Under the pieces are notes generated by a model. That model did no database searches and was not told the DNA's origin. It saw nothing but the letters and a program-made list of their open reading frames with translations. Shown piece after piece: positions 59,033 through 64,000 of a stretch of DNA of 64,000 nt (position 1 is the stretch's first letter; each line of letters begins with the position of its first letter). The DNA comes from a virus: positions 32,001-96,000 of the IMG/VR virus record IMGVR_UViG_3300028840_006907; one strand, 5' to 3'. The translations under genes were made by a program, and so were the position numbers.

Positions 59033-59322
59033 AATGCCTTCTTTCTTCTTTTTCGTCTATGTTCTAAAAGTATTTTTCCCATTTCATAATTTGTGATTTC
59101 TTTGGCACCCATTTCAATAGCTCTTTTTCTTCGGCTTTCTACCAAATCGAAATGAATAAAACCGGTTCTACTTTTTTGTATCCAGTTTTTTTTCATTCCA
59201 ATCTTTTCTGCAAATTCGAGTAATTCTTTAATACTAATATCAGAAAACATGTGACAGTTTTTCACATATCTTCCACGAAGTTTCCAAAGGTTATCTTTTA
59301 ATTCATCTACATATATTGTCAT
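59029..59322 (-). CDS. DUF4031-like protein
   Basis: MTIYVD...CHMFSD...HFDL pattern recalled from DUF4031; unverified. Confidence 0.4.
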   Translation of the reverse strand: MTIYVDELKDNLWKLRGRYVKNCHMFSDISIKELLEFAEKIGMKKNWIQKSRTGFIHFDLVESRRKRAIEMGAKEITNYEMGKILLEHRRKRRKKAL

Positions 59323-59849
59323 GGTAATGTTAATCCGAATTTGTCAAAAATTCCTATGATTGCTTCAGCATTACCCATAGCATCATCTAGTGGATTATGG
59401 GTATGTTTTGTTTTTCGAAACTTCTTTTTCCAGTTCCTTTGAGCGTTGAATTTTTTTACAAGCCCACTATATAGATCCCCGATTCTCCTGGCACTATGTC
59501 CAAAAGGATTGTTATTACAAAAATGCCATAGATAATAATTTATGAATTGCCAGTCGAAAACGGGGTTATCCGAAATGAATACAATTCCTTGTTCTTTTTC
59601 ATTTATATTTTTTAACCATTGGTGAAATTTTTCTATTACTTTTTTGGGTGGAGGGAATTTTTTAACTTCTTTATATGAGAATCCTGAGACAACTAGAGCT
59701 GATTCGATAAATTTATTTGTTATAGGGCGTAATTGACTATAAAAAGTCCTGTTTAATTCTGGCTCTACAACTACCGCTCCGAAACAGACCATGGAATAAT
59801 CGCCGGGGCATGGACCGTCAGCTTCAATATCTACTGAGATAAGTTTCAT
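59319..59849 (-). CDS. DEDDh-family 3-prime to 5-prime exonuclease (DnaQ/RNase T-like)
   Basis: Exo I VDIEADG, Exo II NPVFDWQF, Exo III HNPLDDA. Confidence 0.6.
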   Translation of the reverse strand: MKLISVDIEADGPCPGDYSMVCFGAVVVEPELNRTFYSQLRPITNKFIESALVVSGFSYKEVKKFPPPKKVIEKFHQWLKNINEKEQGIVFISDNPVFDWQFINYYLWHFCNNNPFGHSARRIGDLYSGLVKKFNAQRNWKKKFRKTKHTHNPLDDAMGNAEAIIGIFDKFGLTLP

Positions 59850-60031
59850 TGGTTTAACCTTTCATGTATTGTCTATTTATGTGTTTTTCATTTAGACCTA
59901 ATTTTTCAAGTGCTGAGGTAACCATATAATCCACTATTGTGATGTCAATTTCTTCTTCAAGATTTTCTTTAACAAGATTACCCGTTCTAATAATTTCTTG
60001 CACCATGTTTTCTTTTATAGTTTTTTTCATT

Positions 60032-60346
60032 TTAATTGGGATTTATAAATTTAAAAATTTCTTTTATAGCATCATCACAAGTATTATTTTTTGGAGAAGA
60101 TTTTAATATAGAATCAATTGCTGTAGCATAAAGCGCTCTGAGTTCAAATATAAATCGAATCTTTTCTTCTTTTGAAAGAGCTATATACATATCTCCTACA
60201 TTCTTGTCATGATTCATTATTTTTTCTTGGCAACTCGGACAAACAACTTGATTTAAAGGGCATCCTTTTTTACTATTACATGCTAAACATTTGGTTGGCA
60301 ATTTATCCTCTGTAATAAAACTGTGGCACAATTTACATCTATCCAT
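60032..60346 (-). CDS. Cys-rich protein, paralog of 60363..60863
   Basis: Shared N-terminal multi-Cys region and C-terminal helical motif. Confidence 0.4.
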   Translation of the reverse strand: MDRCKLCHSFITEDKLPTKCLACNSKKGCPLNQVVCPSCQEKIMNHDKNVGDMYIALSKEEKIRFIFELRALYATAIDSILKSSPKNNTCDDAIKEIFKFINPN

Positions 60347-60362
60347 TTATTATCCTTAATTT

Positions 60363-60863
60363 TTAAAATTTCATAAAAGGTGGTAAATCTTCATCTGAAC
60401 CTCTTCTGAAAAAATCAGATAACATTTCAGATAACATATCAAGTATTCTTTCTACTCTTTTATTAGTAAATAGTTCCATAAATTTTTCTGAAAATTCCCT
60501 TCTCTGAATTGGATTAAGATCTATTAAAAGGTCTTTAATACTTTCTTTATTGGTATGTACTTTGTTAATACAGTCACTACAGAATATTTCCAGTAACATA
60601 CAGCTTTTTTGGCCATAGCAATCATGGCATCTCTCAATTTTGTTTTCTCCTTTTTTATATGTCTTTTTGCATAAGAGACATGATTCCTTTTTTTCTTTTT
60701 TATTGAAGTCAGTTTTGCAGGAATCTACTTTTTCTAGGCATGCTGTACATAAAGTATTCGGTCCAATACAATCTTTTTTATATTCGCATATTTCACATTT
60801 ACCACATTTTCTTATATCTTCTATAAGAGGTTTTTCACACTTTTTACATAATACTATTTTCAT
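60363..60863 (-). CDS. Cys-rich protein, paralog of 60032..60346
   Basis: As above. Confidence 0.4.
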   Translation of the reverse strand: MKIVLCKKCEKPLIEDIRKCGKCEICEYKKDCIGPNTLCTACLEKVDSCKTDFNKKEKKESCLLCKKTYKKGENKIERCHDCYGQKSCMLLEIFCSDCINKVHTNKESIKDLLIDLNPIQRREFSEKFMELFTNKRVERILDMLSEMLSDFFRRGSDEDLPPFMKF

Positions 60864-60895
60864 TATTTTCTACTCTTTTTTATATATAATTTTAA

Positions 60896-61093
60896 TTAAA
60901 GGGTTTCGAATTTTTCTTTTTCATCGTATTCATGTATAATTTTTCGCATTTGTTCAATCCGTTTTTTGAAATCGGGCATAGTTCTAATTATTTCAGAAAG
61001 AGGCATCCCCATTTTAATGACATATGTTGCTGTAGCATATCCTAATTGAAAAGCTTCAAATGCAAGATCTACCCGTGATTTATAATGATCCAT
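60896..61093 (-). CDS. hypothetical protein
   Basis: ORF track. Confidence 0.3.
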   Translation of the reverse strand: MDHYKSRVDLAFEAFQLGYATATYVIKMGMPLSEIIRTMPDFKKRIEQMRKIIHEYDEKEKFETL

Positions 61094-61102
61094 ATACCTC
61101 CC

Positions 61103-61312
61103 CTATTTCAACATTTTAAAATGCTTAAAGGTATCCCAAAAGAAATTTATTGTACATATGATAAAATAGCCAGGTATCAATTTTAATAAGAGTTCTTTTT
61201 TTGTTTTATATTCTCCTAACCATAAATGCCCAAGAACAACAGTCCATTGCATTAATAAAAAATTCGCTATTACAAATAATACCCATACTAATCCTATAGA
61301 CATACTTACCAC
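61103..61312 (-). CDS. small membrane protein
   Basis: Hydrophobic. Confidence 0.3.
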   Translation of the reverse strand: MVSMSIGLVWVLFVIANFLLMQWTVVLGHLWLGEYKTKKELLLKLIPGYFIICTINFFWDTFKHFKMLK

Positions 61313-62025
61313 ATTTCCCCAATGGCCTTTTTCTGTTTATTGGTTAATTTATAAACCAGCTTGCAATTAATACATTTCATTCTAGTTATATTCCCAAATA
61401 TATCATAAAGATCATCAGTTACCTTTCCAATCTTGTGACAAGAGTTTTGCTCACCTGCAGAAATGGTCCCATCGATATTAACTGATGGAGTGCACATTTT
61501 ACCCATCATTGCAAGACCCATCATAACTTGTGAAAGAGAGTTCGCCCCTGAATTTCGGCATAAGGATCTAAGGTTAAAACAATTAGGTGCTTTAGAGGTT
61601 ATTGGAAGTTCATTTTTAATGGCTCTTCCAAAGGGTGTTATCACTCTAAGCTGATGCTCATATGTAATATTAGGATGTTGTATAATAGGTACTTCTTTTG
61701 GATAGTACCGAGGATCATTGGTAATTTGAATATTTATTCCAATTTGAATGATTTCTTTTTTTAATGTTTCATCTTCAAGAAAAGTACCATTCGATAAAAG
61801 TGCTGGCATCAAACCTATATTTTTGGCTCTATTAATCATTTCAATAATGTCTGGATGTGAAGTTGGCTCTCCGCCTGTAAGCATTATTATAGGCATTTCA
61901 AGATTTTTTAAATATCGCAATGTCTGGTCATATGTTTTAAGATCCATATGTTCACCTTCCGGACATGCATTCACTGAACAATGAATGCAATTCATATGGC
62001 ATTTTTCAGTGACTCTTACGAGCAT
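61306..62025 (-). CDS. radical SAM domain protein
   Basis: CHMNCIHC (CxxxCxxC) and TGGEPTSHPD. Confidence 0.65.
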   Translation of the reverse strand: MLVRVTEKCHMNCIHCSVNACPEGEHMDLKTYDQTLRYLKNLEMPIIMLTGGEPTSHPDIIEMINRAKNIGLMPALLSNGTFLEDETLKKEIIQIGINIQITNDPRYYPKEVPIIQHPNITYEHQLRVITPFGRAIKNELPITSKAPNCFNLRSLCRNSGANSLSQVMMGLAMMGKMCTPSVNIDGTISAGEQNSCHKIGKVTDDLYDIFGNITRMKCINCKLVYKLTNKQKKAIGEMW

Positions 62026-62183
62026 TTCACTTATCCTTTCAAATATAATACTTACTTCTCCTCTATACTATATATACCAGATTTAAAGGCCAATTATCCC
62101 AAAATAATTTTAAATAATTTTGGGTATACTATATAACTCTATATTTATGAATGTATTATATAAGAAAAAAGTTGAGGGGAGAT

Positions 62184-62873
62184 TTAGTGTTTTCTATGTT
62201 TTCCAGTATTTAGAGATTTCTCATAATTCTTAGTGAGATGGTCATACATCTTTAAAAACCAACGATGCCATCGAGGTTTTTCTAACCAGCAGTCTTTTCC
62301 TACATGCCGAAATCCCATTTTAGAAGGAGGAGCACCTGTTACAAGATCATAGCCATTTTCTACGCGAGTTGTATCTATTGGAAGTTTATTATATTCATCT
62401 CTAAATGTCTTGTTTCCAATACGAGGACAACCATATACTATACAGGATAGGCCATTGATTCCTCTATTTTTGGCAAGGTGGCGTGCACATAAAACAGCCA
62501 GGGCTGCTCCACGAGAATGGCCTGTGGTATATATAGGCTTTTCATCATATGATTTTATGTATTTATCGATCATTTCTTTAAAGACAATCCAGCCATCATA
62601 GAAACCCTGGTGTATGGTCTTCGCCTCTTGGAGGGGGTAGATTTCAAAATCTGAGAGCCATCCTTTAATATTATCGGTACCACGAAAGGTCATGATAATA
62701 CGATTGGGATATTCAGCTATGAAAGCATAGTCAGTATTGTCTATTTTATGTATGAACTTGTCAGGTTCTTGGATATTATATCTATTTTTAGAAAGAGAGA
62801 CTAATTGTCCAGCATTGGTTGGTTCTTGGTATGCAATATTAGCAAAACCCCAGATATCTCTAAGTATCTTCAT
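62184..62873 (-). CDS. class 3 lipase / alpha-beta hydrolase
   Basis: FRGTD and GHSRGAALA (GxSxG nucleophile elbow). Confidence 0.65.
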   Translation of the reverse strand: MKILRDIWGFANIAYQEPTNAGQLVSLSKNRYNIQEPDKFIHKIDNTDYAFIAEYPNRIIMTFRGTDNIKGWLSDFEIYPLQEAKTIHQGFYDGWIVFKEMIDKYIKSYDEKPIYTTGHSRGAALAVLCARHLAKNRGINGLSCIVYGCPRIGNKTFRDEYNKLPIDTTRVENGYDLVTGAPPSKMGFRHVGKDCWLEKPRWHRWFLKMYDHLTKNYEKSLNTGKHRKH

Positions 62874-62906
62874 ATCAAAGCCTTATAACTATATTTTTGA
62901 TTATTT

Positions 62907-63197
62907 CTATTTAAGAGTGGATTGATACCCCGATACCTTAACATACTTTTTTGTGAGCGCTTTTCTCAATGATTTTATTTTTGGGATAATCTTTCTAAAT
63001 ATTAAAATTGCTTTCTCTGCATGAATACTAAAATCGGTTATAGCCTTATCCAGCCGAATCTTATTTAATTGGTATTCATCAAGTTTCACATGTTTGAAAC
63101 AATTGGCTATTGATTGGTTAATTTGGTGTAATCTTTTAAGTTCCTTTTCATTAATTTTAAGTATCATTTTTGGAATCGGTTTCATCTTCTTCCTCAC
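62907..63197 (-). CDS. hypothetical protein
   Basis: ORF track. Confidence 0.35.
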   Translation of the reverse strand: MRKKMKPIPKMILKINEKELKRLHQINQSIANCFKHVKLDEYQLNKIRLDKAITDFSIHAEKAILIFRKIIPKIKSLRKALTKKYVKVSGYQSTLK

Positions 63198-63316
63198 GAG
63201 GTTTTCTATTTAAATTACACCTTTCTGAATCTCGCTCTACGTTACATCCTTCAGGAGACATGTACCAAGCGCAATCAGAACAATTACCATAACCTAATTT
63301 TTTATCTGACATAATT

Positions 63317-64000
63317 TTATTCCTTAAAATAAAATTTAGATTTTAAATTATCGTAAGCACTCCAATTACCTTCAATAATACGATTAGTATATATAGTACT
63401 TAGATTGTATTCAGAGTCGATTATATCAGCTTTAGATAAAAGTATAGCTTCAGGAGTCATCGGGACTACTGCAGCCCCTAAATCCAGAGAACCGTGATGA
63501 CTTAATATTAAATGACCTAATATTTTTTTCATTCGGTTTCTTTCTTCCGGAGGAGCTTCTAATGCGTTTATGATTGGTATAATATTAGTATAACTTAAAT
63601 TGAGATGACTATGCAATCGTCCTATATCAGTCATTTCAATAGTCAAGTCATATGTATAGGAAAACATTTTTCCGTGATCATGAAGAAAAGCTCCCATGCA
63701 AATGATAGAAGGATCTATTGGATAAATATAACAGAAAGAGGAACAGATCTTCGTTACACATAAAGTATGCTCTAATAGACCGTGTAGATAAGCGTGATGG
63801 ACGTTACCCTTTCCTCCAGGGCACATTTTAAATTTATGCACAAATGTTTCATTATTTTTAAATTTATCCCAGAGATCTCTCATATATTTATTTTTAACTT
63901 TATCATCCATTATTTGAACTAGTTCAACCCACATTTCATCGGGATCATGTGGTGAAGTAGGAAGGAAATCTACAGGATTATAAGGATTTGTTTCTTCAAT
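63317..64000 (-). CDS. HD-domain protein, 5-prime end outside window
   Basis: NVHHAYLH, AFLHDHGK, LSHHG, KADIID; reading frame stays open upstream of the track start at 63934 to the window edge. Confidence 0.55.
   Translation of the reverse strand: MEETNPYNPVDFLPTSPHDPDEMWVELVQIMDDKVKNKYMRDLWDKFKNNETFVHKFKMCPGGKGNVHHAYLHGLLEHTLCVTKICSSFCYIYPIDPSIICMGAFLHDHGKMFSYTYDLTIEMTDIGRLHSHLNLSYTNIIPIINALEAPPEERNRMKKILGHLILSHHGSLDLGAAVVPMTPEAILLSKADIIDSEYNLSTIYTNRIIEGNWSAYDNLKSKFYFKE

Noticed and set aside
1-64000. Stop-codon recoding (alternative genetic code), as seen in some large phages
   Set aside because: Standard code gives long uninterrupted ORFs (for example 1514 aa and 743 aa) and dense gene tiling; no pattern of genes broken at one stop codon

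Overview
AT-rich, densely coded window with strong Shine-Dalgarno sites and no rRNA/tRNA that I can recognise; it reads as a phage or phage-like mobile element (many co-oriented small ORFs, a free-standing HNH endonuclease, an intein, repeat-rich intergenic hubs). Layout: a minus-strand block of small genes (1-19517), a repeat-rich divergent intergenic hub (19518-20870), a plus-strand block (20873-42572) ending in a 1514-aa charged protein and a glycosyltransferase / radical-SAM (intein-containing) / methyltransferase cluster, then a minus-strand arm (42977-64000). The main finding is a compact type I-E-like CRISPR-Cas interference module on the minus strand (cas8e, cas7e, cas5e, cas6e, then an SF2 helicase without an HD domain) flanked by two CRISPR arrays that share a conserved leader; no cas1/cas2 and no separate cse2/cas11 are present in the window. 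Array 1 (about 3 kb) is highly unusual: canonical I-E-type repeats next to the leader grade into diverged repeat variants that keep the hairpin through compensatory stem changes, and old spacers are duplicated. All protein calls rest on motif recognition and recollection of reference sequences, not on database searches. Several ORF-track starts use TTG/GTG; I moved starts to the nearest ATG with a ribosome-binding site where I checked.
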